This document shows, piece by piece, positions 40,037 to 50,192 of a DNA stretch of 64,000 nucleotides. The position numbers and the translations under genes are program-made. The notes under the pieces are model-generated. The model searched no databases, had not been told where the DNA came from, and was given only the letters and a program-made list of their open reading frames with translations. This stretch comes from Candidatus Poribacteria bacterium (GTDB taxonomy: Bacteria; Poribacteria; WGA-4E; PCPOR2b), in NCBI GenBank assembly GCA_965208325.1, contig OZ242326.1:480001-544000 (forward strand), read 5' to 3'. Within the stretch, counting starts at the first letter, position 1. Every line of letters begins with the position of its first letter.

Positions 40037-40921
40037 ATGTTGAATCAAGTAGAGATTGACTTCTACCACGCGAACGGCTACATTGCAGTTGAAAATGTCC
40101 TTTCGGTAGAAGAAGTTTCTGACCTCCAACGTGTTACAGATGAATTTGTTGAAAAGTCGCGCGAACTTGCTGAACATAACGATGTGTTTGATTTGGAACC
40201 GGGGCATAGTTTCGATGCGCCGCGTGTTCGCCGAATCAAGAATGCAGCAATCCATCATTTGGTGTATGACCGGGCGTTGCGCAACGATAGGATTCTCGAC
40301 ATTGTCGAACAACTCATTGGTCCTGGTGTAAGTCACAACGGTCACAAACTCAACATGAAATACCCAAGGTTTGGGAGTCCTGTAGAGTGGCATCAGGATT
40401 GGGCGTTCTATCCACACACGAATGACCGCCTGCTTGCGGTCGGTGTTGCAATTGACGATATGTTGATTGAAAACGGCTGCCTGATGGTTCTCCCGAAGTC
40501 ACATAAGGGCCGAATTTACAACCATCATCAAAATGGTGCTTTCGTTGGCGCGGTCACAGATTCTAATTTCGAGCCGAATAACGCCGTTCCCATTGAGGTT
40601 AAATCCGGCGGCATATCAATTCACCATGTCCGTACACTACACGGCTCGGCGCAAAACGTCTCAAATAAACCTCGCCGCCTATTGCTCTTGCAGTATTGTG
40701 CGGTTGACGCTTGGCCGCTTATTAAACCGCCAGATTGGAACGATTTTGCAGCGCTTGTTTTGCGAGGCAAAACCACAAATCAGCCGCATTTGACTGCTGT
40801 ACCCGTTCGGATGCCGTTCCCGCAGGGCGCACGAACCGGTACAATCTACGAAGTTCAGAGCCTGCTAGAACAGCCAATATTCCGTATGAATAAGGCTAGC
40901 GAGCGAGAAGCGGCTGGTTGA
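40037..40921 (+). CDS. Phytanoyl-CoA dioxygenase (PhyH) family protein
   Basis: FYHANGYI, WHQDWAF, NGCLMVLPKSHK, HHVRTLHGS; ATG 40037 after TAAGGAGG. Confidence 0.92.
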   Translation: MLNQVEIDFYHANGYIAVENVLSVEEVSDLQRVTDEFVEKSRELAEHNDVFDLEPGHSFDAPRVRRIKNAAIHHLVYDRALRNDRILDIVEQLIGPGVSHNGHKLNMKYPRFGSPVEWHQDWAFYPHTNDRLLAVGVAIDDMLIENGCLMVLPKSHKGRIYNHHQNGAFVGAVTDSNFEPNNAVPIEVKSGGISIHHVRTLHGSAQNVSNKPRRLLLLQYCAVDAWPLIKPPDWNDFAALVLRGKTTNQPHLTAVPVRMPFPQGARTGTIYEVQSLLEQPIFRMNKASEREAAG

Positions 40922-41110
40922 CCAGTACACAGCACAATTAGCATCTGCAACGCATTATGCTTTAGGATTGCGCCGCTCCATAACGGCAGCGAGCGTAATT
41001 TATCGCCGGTAAATGTCCTGGCTCTTGATTGCGTGGAAGGGTCGAGATCTCAGAAATCCGACGAGTGTCGTTGGAGTGTGGAATAATACTATACTTTCTC
41101 AAATGGATTT

Positions 41111-41182
41111 TGTCATAATGGCATACACTGAGTGAGAAGCGTTGGCCGATTGTCAACTTGGCAGCCCAATGTCGTGGCGGCA
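41111..41182. promoter_or_regulatory. Three repeated candidate enhancer (bEBP) sites
   Basis: TGTCA-taa-TGGCA (41111), TGTCA-act-TGGCA (41151), TGTCG-tgg-CGGCA (41170). Confidence 0.5.
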
Positions 41183-41296
41183 ACGGCGGAGGTATATTTC
41201 CGACATGTTGAATCCAAAGGAACACGAGGCGTCGGAGCGTGTGCCTGCTCCCATTCGAATAGAATTTCCTCCATTTATTTGATGGATTTTAAGTTT

Positions 41297-41312
41297 TGGC
41301 ATGCAACTTGCA
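41297..41312 (+). promoter_or_regulatory. Sigma54 (-24/-12) promoter of hsp20
   Basis: TGGCAT-GCAAC-TTGCA with exact GG-N10-GC spacing. Confidence 0.75.
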
Positions 41313-41391
41313 CAACCTCGGATTGTCTGATGGAAAGGGCATCAGAAATCAAAAAAAGCAACGCTAAATTACAAATTTGGAGGAAAATAAA

Positions 41392-41835
41392 ATGTCTAAC
41401 GTTTCGCGCAGAAACATTTCAAGCATGTACAATCGGATGGACAGAATCTTTGATGACTTCTTTGGTGGACGCCCCGCATTCCTGCGTTCGGAATCTGGCG
41501 ATTGGGATTGGAGTCCACCGGTGGATATTACTGAGTCAGGTGATTCCCTAGAAATCCGAGCTGAGGTTCCGGGTCTAACAAAGAACGATGTCAGTGTTGA
41601 AGTAAATGAAAACGTCCTGACAATTAAAGGTGAGAGGAAGCAGGAAAACGGTGACAAGAATGAAGCTGTACATCGTGTTGAACGTGCCTATGGCCGATTC
41701 CAACGAACTTTCACTTTGCCAAGGAGCGTTCGTTCTGAAGACGCGAAGGCATCGTTCAAGGGCGGAGTGTTGACGCTTTCCATTCCAAAGATAGAACAAC
41801 TCAAACCGAAAGCGATTCCAATCAGTGTTGAATAA
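41392..41835 (+). CDS. Hsp20/alpha-crystallin small heat-shock protein
   Basis: WSPPVDI, AEVPG, LTIKGER, ERAYGRFQRTFTLP, GVLTLSIPK; ATG 41392 after GGAGG. Confidence 0.96.
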   Translation: MSNVSRRNISSMYNRMDRIFDDFFGGRPAFLRSESGDWDWSPPVDITESGDSLEIRAEVPGLTKNDVSVEVNENVLTIKGERKQENGDKNEAVHRVERAYGRFQRTFTLPRSVRSEDAKASFKGGVLTLSIPKIEQLKPKAIPISVE

Positions 41836-41858
41836 TGACACTGGGTTGGGTTATCATG

Positions 41859-41900
41859 AAGGCGTCCTGTACGAAAACACGGGGCGCTTTTTTCATTTTT
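41859..41900 (+). terminator. Rho-independent terminator after hsp20
   Basis: AAGGCGTCCTGT/ACGGGGCGCTTT stem (with GU pairs) followed by T runs. Confidence 0.75.
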
Positions 41901-42016
41901 TTATTGGTACCCATGTTTATGATAATTGAAACTTTCGCTTAAGCGTTGGTGTGACTTGAAGAGACAAATCACAATCTAAAAAACATTTATCGAAATTAGG
42001 TTAGGAGGACAAAAAA

Positions 42017-43567
42017 ATGCTTAGAATCTTTTCAAGCAAATGGGGAGTTGCACTGGCTTTGTTCTTGATTTTTGCAATTGCAATCTCAACCAAAGTAGAA
42101 TTTTTCGCTACTAATACGGCAGTCGGTCAGGCTACAGATGACGATTTCGCCTACCTAGAACGGGCAAACCGTGCTTTTATTGAAGTGATTAACGCTGCTA
42201 AACCCGCGGTCGTGCAGATTACGACAAGAAGACTAGTTTCAGGGAGGAGTTCACAGCGTCAATTTGATTTTTTTGACGAAGATTTATTCCGATACTGGTT
42301 CGGTGAACCCCGCAATCGCCGAAATCAGATAGATCCCGAAGCAGAGCGGGAAATTCAAGAAGGACTCGGATCCGGAGTCATAGTGTCTGAAGGCGGTTAT
42401 GTCCTTACGAATAATCACGTCATTGATGGAGCTGAAGAAATTACGGTCATGTTACAAAATGGGCGTGAATATGAGGCTGAGGTGGTCGGAAAAGATCCAG
42501 GGAATCAGGGAACAGACATCGCGGTACTGAAGATAGCTGGTAAGGATTTACCTGCCTTGGAGTTTGGCAACTCGGACAGCCTAAAGGTTGGAGAATGGGT
42601 AGTTGCAATTGGGTCCCCTTTTGGTTACGCTCAATCGGTGACACGTGGAATTGTCAGCGCAAAAGGACGTTCGTGGCGTACACCTAACCGAGCCAGTAAA
42701 ATTGCGTATGCTGACTTCATCCAGACCGATGCCGCCATAAATCGGGGCAATAGCGGGGGCGCACTGATAAACATCCACGGTCAGTTGGTAGGTATTAACA
42801 CCGCAATAGTTACTACTAGCGGTTTATCTCCGGGCAATGTCGGCGTAGGGTTGGCAATTCCAATCAACCTCGCAAATCATGTTATGCGGTCGCTCATTGA
42901 GAAGGGAGAAGTTGAACGTGGATGGTTAGGTGTGGGGCTCCAGGAGATTAACCACGACATTGCAGAAGAACTCGGGATTGGAGAACCGCGAGGAGCACTC
43001 GTTGCCAATGTAGGTGTAGGAATGCCGGGAGACGACGCGGGGCTCCGGAAAGGCGATGTGATTGTGGAGTTTGACAATGTGCAAATCCGCAATGGTAAAC
43101 ATCTTCGCGATACGGTCGCCACAACGGAAGTTGGGAAAACAGTCGAAGTACAAGTTATCAGGCAGGGTAAAGAGAGGACATTGAGAGTCCAACTTGGGAA
43201 GCGAACTGAAGATGCTATCGCAGCTATGGACGGTTCTTCACGTTATGTTCCAGGCGGACTAGACGAGGAAGCGTTTGCAGGGTTAAGGGTAAGCGAACTC
43301 ACCGATGAACTCGCCGCGGCATACCGCCATAAAGGTGAAAAAGGGGTCATTGTCGTTAACGTTGAACGTAGGAGTCCTGCCGCGAAAGCCGGTATCCGAA
43401 AGGGAGATCTTATTCAGGAGATCGATTGGGAGGAGGTTGTTACAGTCGCGGACTATCGCACACATGTCAAGGCTGTTACAGATAAACCCAAAATCGTAAT
43501 GCATGTCAGACACAGCAATGGAACACACGAGTTTATTGTACTAAAGAACATTGCGTCACGGCAATAA
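42017..43567 (+). CDS. degQ: HtrA/DegP-DegQ serine protease with two PDZ domains
   Basis: GLGSGVI, LTNNHV, TDIAVLKI, QTDAAINRGNSGGAL, RGWLGV, two GD.I PDZ motifs; N-terminal signal/anchor. Confidence 0.95.
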   Translation: MLRIFSSKWGVALALFLIFAIAISTKVEFFATNTAVGQATDDDFAYLERANRAFIEVINAAKPAVVQITTRRLVSGRSSQRQFDFFDEDLFRYWFGEPRNRRNQIDPEAEREIQEGLGSGVIVSEGGYVLTNNHVIDGAEEITVMLQNGREYEAEVVGKDPGNQGTDIAVLKIAGKDLPALEFGNSDSLKVGEWVVAIGSPFGYAQSVTRGIVSAKGRSWRTPNRASKIAYADFIQTDAAINRGNSGGALINIHGQLVGINTAIVTTSGLSPGNVGVGLAIPINLANHVMRSLIEKGEVERGWLGVGLQEINHDIAEELGIGEPRGALVANVGVGMPGDDAGLRKGDVIVEFDNVQIRNGKHLRDTVATTEVGKTVEVQVIRQGKERTLRVQLGKRTEDAIAAMDGSSRYVPGGLDEEAFAGLRVSELTDELAAAYRHKGEKGVIVVNVERRSPAAKAGIRKGDLIQEIDWEEVVTVADYRTHVKAVTDKPKIVMHVRHSNGTHEFIVLKNIASRQ

Positions 43568-43574
43568 GCGGCAC

Positions 43575-43639
43575 TTGAAGGGCTTCGGGCATATAACCAC
43601 GCAGGTCCTCCCTAATTTATACTTGCCGACGCCTTTCAA
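43575..43639. repeat. Long imperfect inverted repeat between convergent genes
   Basis: TTGAAGGGCTTCGGGCA ... TGCCGACGCCTTTCAA. Confidence 0.35.
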
Positions 43640-43698
43640 TGAAAAACTAAAACCTCGTTGATGTGCGGAATTAAGTACTCACTATCACGCTAATGGCG

Positions 43699-46600
43699 TC
43701 ACTTTAATAGCACCAAATTTTGCACGAATGTATTCAGCTCACCGTTGCGGCTTGCAACGCGCAAGACATAGAAGTAGACTCCGCTGCCAACCAAATTTCC
43801 AGCCTGGTTACGGCCGTTCCAATGTGCTGCGTTGTCCCGCCGGTGGTACCTCCCTGCTGGTTGAAGCCCGAGATTTGAACGGCTAACTAGTTGTCCCAAC
43901 GCCGTATAAATCTCAATCTCTACACTAGCTGGCGCCGCAAGTTCATAGGGTATCCACACCTCCGGATTAAATGGGTTTGGATATACCGGCAGTACGCCCG
44001 TTTTCGCAACTATGGGAAACGCACAATTCGGGTTGGACAGCTGTTTCGCCGATTCCACCCAATATATTAACGCTTCTATCGCCTTCCGAGCATTGGATGC
44101 TAGCTGTGGTTGGCGGCGTAACACCGCTAGCGTTTTACCCATTTGGTTAAAATCCATCTCGGTGTAAGTAGGACCATTAGCGCTGGATTTCGCGGGCGGA
44201 CCCGCGTCGAAATTACTGCGCGAAGCATTGTGCATCATGCGCGTCAACGTTGGGGCTGCATTGGCGTCCACTTGAAAATGATTTGCCACTAGCACCAAGT
44301 CTTCAACGTCAACAACCTCATCTCCATTGACATCCACGTACGGGTCAGTAATCTGGTCGCTGGCTTTCCCGAAGTGCTTTGCAACTAAGACTAAATCGAA
44401 AATGTCTATCGTGGCATCTCGGTTTACATCCCAAACGGAAGCGTTATTCAACATAACGCCAGGTGTGATACTACTCCAGTTGCGGCTTGGCAAATTTGCC
44501 TGGTTCTCCGCCTTGACTCTCGCGTAGTATGTTGTGTCAAACTCTCCCGTAAAGGTGTGGCGGGTTATCGCGCCATTTACCGTCTCATCGTATAGCATAC
44601 CCGATTGAAAATCTCTAGAATCTACATCAATCTGGACGTGATAGGCGCTAATACCGCTTGTGTCGTTGACGGCATCCCATTCAAGCGTGATTTCGCGTGC
44701 GTTTCCCGTCTCATTCAACAACAAGTTGAGATTCGACACCGTAGGCGGTGGCGTGCTATCAATTTTGAACCCATAATGACTAGCGTCGGTCCAATAACCT
44801 AACGAATCGCGCGCGCGAACATGCACCCACCAGACACCGTCGCTCAGCCCAGTGAATGCTAACGCATTACTTTTGGAAAGTGCCTCCGGATGTGTGTCGG
44901 GAGCAGTTGCGCGTTCTCGATTCAAGATGAAGCTGTATTGTTGCCTGGCGTCCACCATAGGTGAAGTCAGCAACTCCAATTTTGGCGAGTTGCTTGCATA
45001 CCAGCGATTGAAGTCTGGATGGGTGTTCGAGGTAACGATTGGAGGCAACAGTGGCGTATGGTCAACAATTACGACACCGTCGCTGTATACGTCGGTAGGT
45101 GGATTCTGCGAATCCGAAACAATCGCACGAAGGTAGTAACTGCCCTCCAACAGAGCATCCGTATTCCAAGTGAACACCGAGCGGTCTTGAGTCAAACCGG
45201 ATTTAATCAATGTCGAACCACCCGGGAGGTTGTTACGGTCATAAAACAGCGCGACTGTGAAATCGTCGTTGTCGGAGTCCGATGCTTCCCAAGTAATTTG
45301 AAAGGTCTCATCAGAGACAGCACCGTCAGCATTTGGAGACGTGAACTGAAATGACGGGGCGGTGTTAAGGCGAAAAATAGCGTGGTGAGCAATGTAAATC
45401 TCCTCAAGCGGCTCCAACATAGGGAATCCACGCTTTCGCCACGCGATAGCGATGTCCGTGATGCCTTGGGGTAAGTCGTTGACTAGAATCTCCCAGAGCA
45501 AATCGGTACCGTCGGAGATTCCGTCGTCATCAACCCTTGGCTGGTGGTCGATAGAATCAGGTGTATCAAAGATATCCCATAAAATACTTGCTACTGTTCC
45601 TTCGACATTTTCGCCCTTCGTGTTTGATCCCAATCCTGCGGCGTGACCAGTCCACCACTGGTTGGATTCGATATTCGGTACGGATTGATTGAGGTAGCCG
45701 GTTACGTTCAAAGCGCGGTTATCGACGGCTGCCTCCATAAACGCCGCCCAACCTTCATTAAAGGCGAAACCGGCATCCGATACTGTTTCAAGGCGGTGAG
45801 AACCCCGATACCTGCCCTTCGGCACGGCGTTGTAGTTGTAACCGTACGCCGCGGTCATAACAGCGTGTGCATATTCATGGAACATAATTGTACGCGTCCA
45901 CTGATCGCCGTGGGCGAGATTAATTGTTTCATTTGATACTTGTCCTTCAATTGCATCAGGAGCGTAGTAGGAGATGTTCTCAACGCTAGGCCAAATGACA
46001 CGCACAGGACGGTCACGTTCCCAACCTAGGCGGTTGAGTAGAAAGCCGTGTGCAAGTTGAACGGTGTTAAAAATATACCCAACCGCGCGATTCGAGTTTT
46101 GAGAATTTAGGGATAGGTGAATCGTAGTGACACCATCGGGAACATTGCGAACCGTTTCTGATGTGAACGCATATACCTTTGCCTGAGGGGCTCCAATTGA
46201 CAAGACGCTGTTGTCAAATTTTACGACGACATAAAGATTGCGGGACGAACTCCTATTAATATCCGAGTGCGAAAGATTTTCAAAAATGAATTCTCCTCGA
46301 TCGTCAGCGACAGTTTCGTCAATTTTGATATCGTCATGGTCAGGCAAATCGAGGTAGAGCGCAACATGGGGGCGATGCACCGGAAGTTCCGCCTCCTCAT
46401 TGTCGTTGAAATATACTACCGAACCCCGAATGGTTACATCACCCGCGGAGTTTGGGGCGGTTCGCACCTGCGCATGGGTTTCTAGAATTGGGTTGTCGAG
46501 CGGTTGGTTAAACGGAACAGCGCTAACTTGAGCGTATCCTGACGCCACTCGGAGGTATACGTAGAAATGCTCAATTATGGTTTGACCGTTTGCAAGCCCC

Positions 46601-47013
46601 GCGTAGATTGACGCTTGCAAGGGATACACTCCCGGTTCCTTCACGTTGAACGCCACGCTGAATTTCTGATCCGGGGCATATGGAGAAAAGTAGACTCGGT
46701 CAAATTGAACAGGCGAACGGGATGAAATCCCTTGAGGGAGGCGAAACTGAATGCGGGAGTGGATAGTCTCAAGCAGGTTAGATCTAATTGAAAAGATGAG
46801 AGTGGCATCTTTACCAACTCGCGGTGCACGCGTAAGCTCAAGGGCGCCATTGAACGCCTGTGGACGGCGGGGTTGATGGGCTGATGCGGAGGAGAGTGTT
46901 TTAGCACAGAATATGGCAATCGAAAGCCATGAAAACAACAATACGAGCCGCACAAAACTGACAACGCGAGTTGCCAAATGTAGCATGTAAAACGAATACT
47001 TGCTTGCATTCAT
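43699..47013 (-). CDS. Large secreted zinc-metallopeptidase-like protein with Ig/Fn3, dockerin and FlgD-like C-terminal domains
   Basis: MFHEYAH plus AFNEGWA; DHTP and DSTPPP Ig/Fn3 boundaries; DVNRDATIDIFDLV and DVNGDEVVDVEDLV; YPNPFNPEVWIPY..WNGRNQAG..GSGVYFY. True start may be slightly downstream. Confidence 0.85.
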   Translation of the reverse strand: MNASKYSFYMLHLATRVVSFVRLVLLFSWLSIAIFCAKTLSSASAHQPRRPQAFNGALELTRAPRVGKDATLIFSIRSNLLETIHSRIQFRLPQGISSRSPVQFDRVYFSPYAPDQKFSVAFNVKEPGVYPLQASIYAGLANGQTIIEHFYVYLRVASGYAQVSAVPFNQPLDNPILETHAQVRTAPNSAGDVTIRGSVVYFNDNEEAELPVHRPHVALYLDLPDHDDIKIDETVADDRGEFIFENLSHSDINRSSSRNLYVVVKFDNSVLSIGAPQAKVYAFTSETVRNVPDGVTTIHLSLNSQNSNRAVGYIFNTVQLAHGFLLNRLGWERDRPVRVIWPSVENISYYAPDAIEGQVSNETINLAHGDQWTRTIMFHEYAHAVMTAAYGYNYNAVPKGRYRGSHRLETVSDAGFAFNEGWAAFMEAAVDNRALNVTGYLNQSVPNIESNQWWTGHAAGLGSNTKGENVEGTVASILWDIFDTPDSIDHQPRVDDDGISDGTDLLWEILVNDLPQGITDIAIAWRKRGFPMLEPLEEIYIAHHAIFRLNTAPSFQFTSPNADGAVSDETFQITWEASDSDNDDFTVALFYDRNNLPGGSTLIKSGLTQDRSVFTWNTDALLEGSYYLRAIVSDSQNPPTDVYSDGVVIVDHTPLLPPIVTSNTHPDFNRWYASNSPKLELLTSPMVDARQQYSFILNRERATAPDTHPEALSKSNALAFTGLSDGVWWVHVRARDSLGYWTDASHYGFKIDSTPPPTVSNLNLLLNETGNAREITLEWDAVNDTSGISAYHVQIDVDSRDFQSGMLYDETVNGAITRHTFTGEFDTTYYARVKAENQANLPSRNWSSITPGVMLNNASVWDVNRDATIDIFDLVLVAKHFGKASDQITDPYVDVNGDEVVDVEDLVLVANHFQVDANAAPTLTRMMHNASRSNFDAGPPAKSSANGPTYTEMDFNQMGKTLAVLRRQPQLASNARKAIEALIYWVESAKQLSNPNCAFPIVAKTGVLPVYPNPFNPEVWIPYELAAPASVEIEIYTALGQLVSRSNLGLQPAGRYHRRDNAAHWNGRNQAGNLVGSGVYFYVLRVASRNGELNTFVQNLVLLK

Positions 47014-47124
47014 AGAACATGTACTGCTGAAATTCGCTTGCCCGCCTTCGTCAATCCGATGGTCTGAAGCCCATCCATGTGCGAAAAAATGAAGGTCGCA
47101 GTCTTCCTGTTTTCGCGGCTCGCA

Positions 47125-47775
47125 TCATTGATTTGCAAACCATACACCTAACATCATTCCTATTGTAATTAATACGATTATTGTCCCGATAACGCCCAGC
47201 ACTAGCTTCCATGTCATCATTGCCGATTTACCTTCTTCCTTCAATTCGACCCTGGAATTTGGCTCTGCCTTTTCAACCTTTCGCTGCCGCTTTTGAGGGT
47301 GGGCGCGAATTGAGTCCTGTTCTTCCCGCATTTCACGCCGCTGAATTCGAATCTTTTCCACCAATCGCACTGTTTCGGGCGCTAGTTCGTGGTCTCCAGT
47401 TGCATTCTGTTCAACCGTATTTGACTCGATTGAGCCTGCCTCACCGGTCTTCGACTTTTGGGAGATTGGTCGACTTTCAGATTCGTAGGGACGCATTGTG
47501 TCATCGGCAATTTCCACGTCCGCACTTGATTGTGCAGTTGAACTCGAGTCGCGTTGAGGTTCAGAAGGAATCGTAGGTTTCACAGTCGGGGCTTTATTAT
47601 CTTGAAGTCCAATTGCATTACCATTTGGATTGTCGGATTTAACATCGGACTGCTTTTCTTCGTCCACTGCCGATTTATCCGATGTGTCCGAAGGACGTTT
47701 CCCCGCCCACATAGCGCGCCGCTGTTGTTTATATTTCTCTTTCAGTACTTGCTTTTCTTCTTCACTCAACTGCAT
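47125..47775 (-). CDS. Hypothetical disordered protein with single C-terminal TM helix
   Basis: CAGGAG RBS; low-complexity charged middle; C-terminal LVLGVIGTIIVLITIGMMLGVWF. Confidence 0.7.
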   Translation of the reverse strand: MQLSEEEKQVLKEKYKQQRRAMWAGKRPSDTSDKSAVDEEKQSDVKSDNPNGNAIGLQDNKAPTVKPTIPSEPQRDSSSTAQSSADVEIADDTMRPYESESRPISQKSKTGEAGSIESNTVEQNATGDHELAPETVRLVEKIRIQRREMREEQDSIRAHPQKRQRKVEKAEPNSRVELKEEGKSAMMTWKLVLGVIGTIIVLITIGMMLGVWFANQ

Positions 47776-47860
47776 GGGTTTTATCTCCTGACGCTTAAAT
47801 TGAACGGTGAACGAGGTTTATTGCGTGAAACTTCTACATTTTATTTAATTATGATGTTCT

Positions 47861-48241
47861 CTATTCAAAATATTTCTCGATTCTGACCGTGGTTCCACTC
47901 TTGACCTGTTTAAACGCTTTCGCGTCTCCTGAGAGTCTACCGATTACATTGACCGCACTCGCTGGACGAATCTCATCTGCAATGCTCATCGGTGTTGGGC
48001 CAAAAAAGATGCAAAACGCGGCACCGGGCGGCCAATAGCCAAGATCGCCTAGTTCGACAACTTCTTGAGGGTTTTCAACGTCCGCATTTAATGGAATTGA
48101 AAAGTAGATTTCATCACCCCATATATTCGCTTGTGCCTCAACAGGAAGCACGTCCCGGAGCATCTGCGCCGTTCTGGAGTCATTTAGTTCAGCGTCCATA
48201 ACGACAGGATTAGCATAAATTTTTATCTTATTTGAGCACAT
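47861..48241 (-). CDS. Cyclophilin-like fold protein (DUF369/TM1367-like)
   Basis: WGDEIYF, GDLGYWPPG.AFCIFFGPTP, PASAVNVIG. Confidence 0.8.
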   Translation of the reverse strand: MCSNKIKIYANPVVMDAELNDSRTAQMLRDVLPVEAQANIWGDEIYFSIPLNADVENPQEVVELGDLGYWPPGAAFCIFFGPTPMSIADEIRPASAVNVIGRLSGDAKAFKQVKSGTTVRIEKYFE

Positions 48242-48483
48242 GACAATTCTTCATTGAATTTCGTGAAATTGTGATTTGGAGTTGACCTGAAGCGTACTTT
48301 TTACGATAATGGTAGCGGAATATTTGTTATTCTAACATAACCCACTCAATATCCTCAACACAAAAGCGTGTCAATCCAGAATCGGTGGTGAAGGCGCAAG
48401 TGCAAATTGACGTATACGTTTCACGGTGAAAACACGCCTGCCTTCATCAATGACCAAAATTACGTCAGAGTAGGGAGGTTAAC

Positions 48484-49215
48484 ATGCGGCTAAAGAATCG
48501 CACAGTAATTGTGACGGGCGGCGGACAAGGGATTGGGCGGGCGATTTGCCTCAAGTTTGCCAGTGAGGGTGCAAATATTGTAATCGCCGAACAAAATCTG
48601 GATACAGCTGAAGCTGTTGCAAAGCAGGCTCGCGTACTTGGCATACGTGCGCTCCCAATCTGCACCGATGTTACCGACAGCGATGCTGTACGTGCAATGG
48701 TTTCCGAAACGCTCCATTCCCTTCAACGAATTGATATTCTCGTCAATAACGCCGGGATTTTTAGCCACACGCCAATCGAGGAATGCACTGAAGAAGAATG
48801 GGATCGTATCATGGACGTAAATCTCAAGGGACCTTTTCTCTGTTCGCAGGCGGTCATTGAGGTTATGAAAAAGCAGGGGAACGGCAGGATTATTAATCTG
48901 GGTTCTGTTGCGGGTAGAGTAGGAGGTTTGTTTGCCTCCGCGCCTTACGCATCGTCTAAAGCCGGAGTGATGTGCTTGACGAAATCATTTGCGCGCCGGC
49001 TGGGCAAACACGGAATCACTGTCAACGCTATTGCTCCAGGCGTGGCTGAAACCGAGATGACGAAGGATCACCCTGAAATGACACCGCAAATTCCGCTGGG
49101 GCGTGTCGCTGATCCGATTGAGGTAGCGAACGCGGCACTATTTCTTGCGTCAGATGAAGGGTCATACCTGACAGGCGTCATTTTAGACGTAAACGGCGGG
49201 TTACTGATGCCATGA
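48484..49215 (+). CDS. SDR family oxidoreductase (FabG-like)
   Basis: TGGGQGIG, NNAG, YASSK, NAIAPG, FLASD. Confidence 0.95.
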   Translation: MRLKNRTVIVTGGGQGIGRAICLKFASEGANIVIAEQNLDTAEAVAKQARVLGIRALPICTDVTDSDAVRAMVSETLHSLQRIDILVNNAGIFSHTPIEECTEEEWDRIMDVNLKGPFLCSQAVIEVMKKQGNGRIINLGSVAGRVGGLFASAPYASSKAGVMCLTKSFARRLGKHGITVNAIAPGVAETEMTKDHPEMTPQIPLGRVADPIEVANAALFLASDEGSYLTGVILDVNGGLLMP

Positions 49216-49244
49216 CCGAAAAAACGGACGAATCGACTCGGCGG

Positions 49245-50192
49245 TTAACCGAGAATCTCCAATTCACTCTCTGCTCCATGTTCGCGCAGTTCCGCTTCAA
49301 GCAGATTCGATGCATTGCGAAAGGCTTCGGATTGTGACGATTCCGGGTGCGATGCGACAATGGGCACACCAAGGTCACCACCAGTACAGATTTCCGGGTC
49401 GATCGGAATCGCACCCAAAAATGGAACGCCCAACTTTTCGCTAATCCTCTTCCCGCCATCAGATTTGAAGATGTCTGTACGTTTGTCACAATGGTCGCAA
49501 ATGAAATAGCTCATGTTTTCAACGACACCCAAGATTGGTACGTTGAGCTTCTCAAACATGGCAACACCTCGCCGAACGTCGGCAAGTGCAACATCTTGCG
49601 GCGTAGTTACAATCACTGCGCCGGTCAGGGGTATGGCTTGAGTTAAGGAGAGAGCGGCGTCTCCGGTGCCTGGCGGCAAATCGATAATCAGATAATCGAG
49701 TGAACCCCAGTTTACATCACTTAAGAACTGGCGAATCGCGCTATGCAGCATTGGTCCACGCCAAATCATTGCTTGTTCCTCAGATACCATAAAACCAATC
49801 GACATAAGTTTAATATTGTGACTAGCGAGCGGAATCAGTTTCCTATCCTGCCCGACCTCTGGCTGTTTGTTTATCCCCATCATGGTCGGGATGCTTGGTC
49901 CATAGGCGTCTGCATCCATTAACCCAACTTTCGCCGCTCCTTGCGCCAAAGCGAGTGCTAGATTGGTTGCAATTGTCGATTTCCCAACACCGCCTTTGCC
50001 GCTCGCTATGGCTATCTTATATTGAACATCCTGGAGCATCACGTTTTGCTGAGGTATATTTGCCTGTGGCGCAGATGGTTTGGATGCTGCCGAGTTGCCA
50101 ACCATCTGGAGGTCCGGATGGTGCTTTCCTCCTTGCGGCGGCGTCACCTGTTCTTTTGTTACACCACCTTTGTCTTTCTTAAAAAGGTTCAT
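49245..50192 (-). CDS. mrp: Mrp/NBP35 (ApbC) Fe-S cluster carrier ATPase
   Basis: ASGKGGVGKST, DADAYGPS, IWRGPM, DLPPGTGD, ENMS..CDHC; start ATG 50192 after GAGGA. Confidence 0.95.
   Translation of the reverse strand: MNLFKKDKGGVTKEQVTPPQGGKHHPDLQMVGNSAASKPSAPQANIPQQNVMLQDVQYKIAIASGKGGVGKSTIATNLALALAQGAAKVGLMDADAYGPSIPTMMGINKQPEVGQDRKLIPLASHNIKLMSIGFMVSEEQAMIWRGPMLHSAIRQFLSDVNWGSLDYLIIDLPPGTGDAALSLTQAIPLTGAVIVTTPQDVALADVRRGVAMFEKLNVPILGVVENMSYFICDHCDKRTDIFKSDGGKRISEKLGVPFLGAIPIDPEICTGGDLGVPIVASHPESSQSEAFRNASNLLEAELREHGAESELEILG

Noticed and set aside
43699..44000. Evidence for a bona fide type IX secretion system
   Set aside because: Only a CTD-like cargo domain is present; no T9SS machinery gene is visible in the window.
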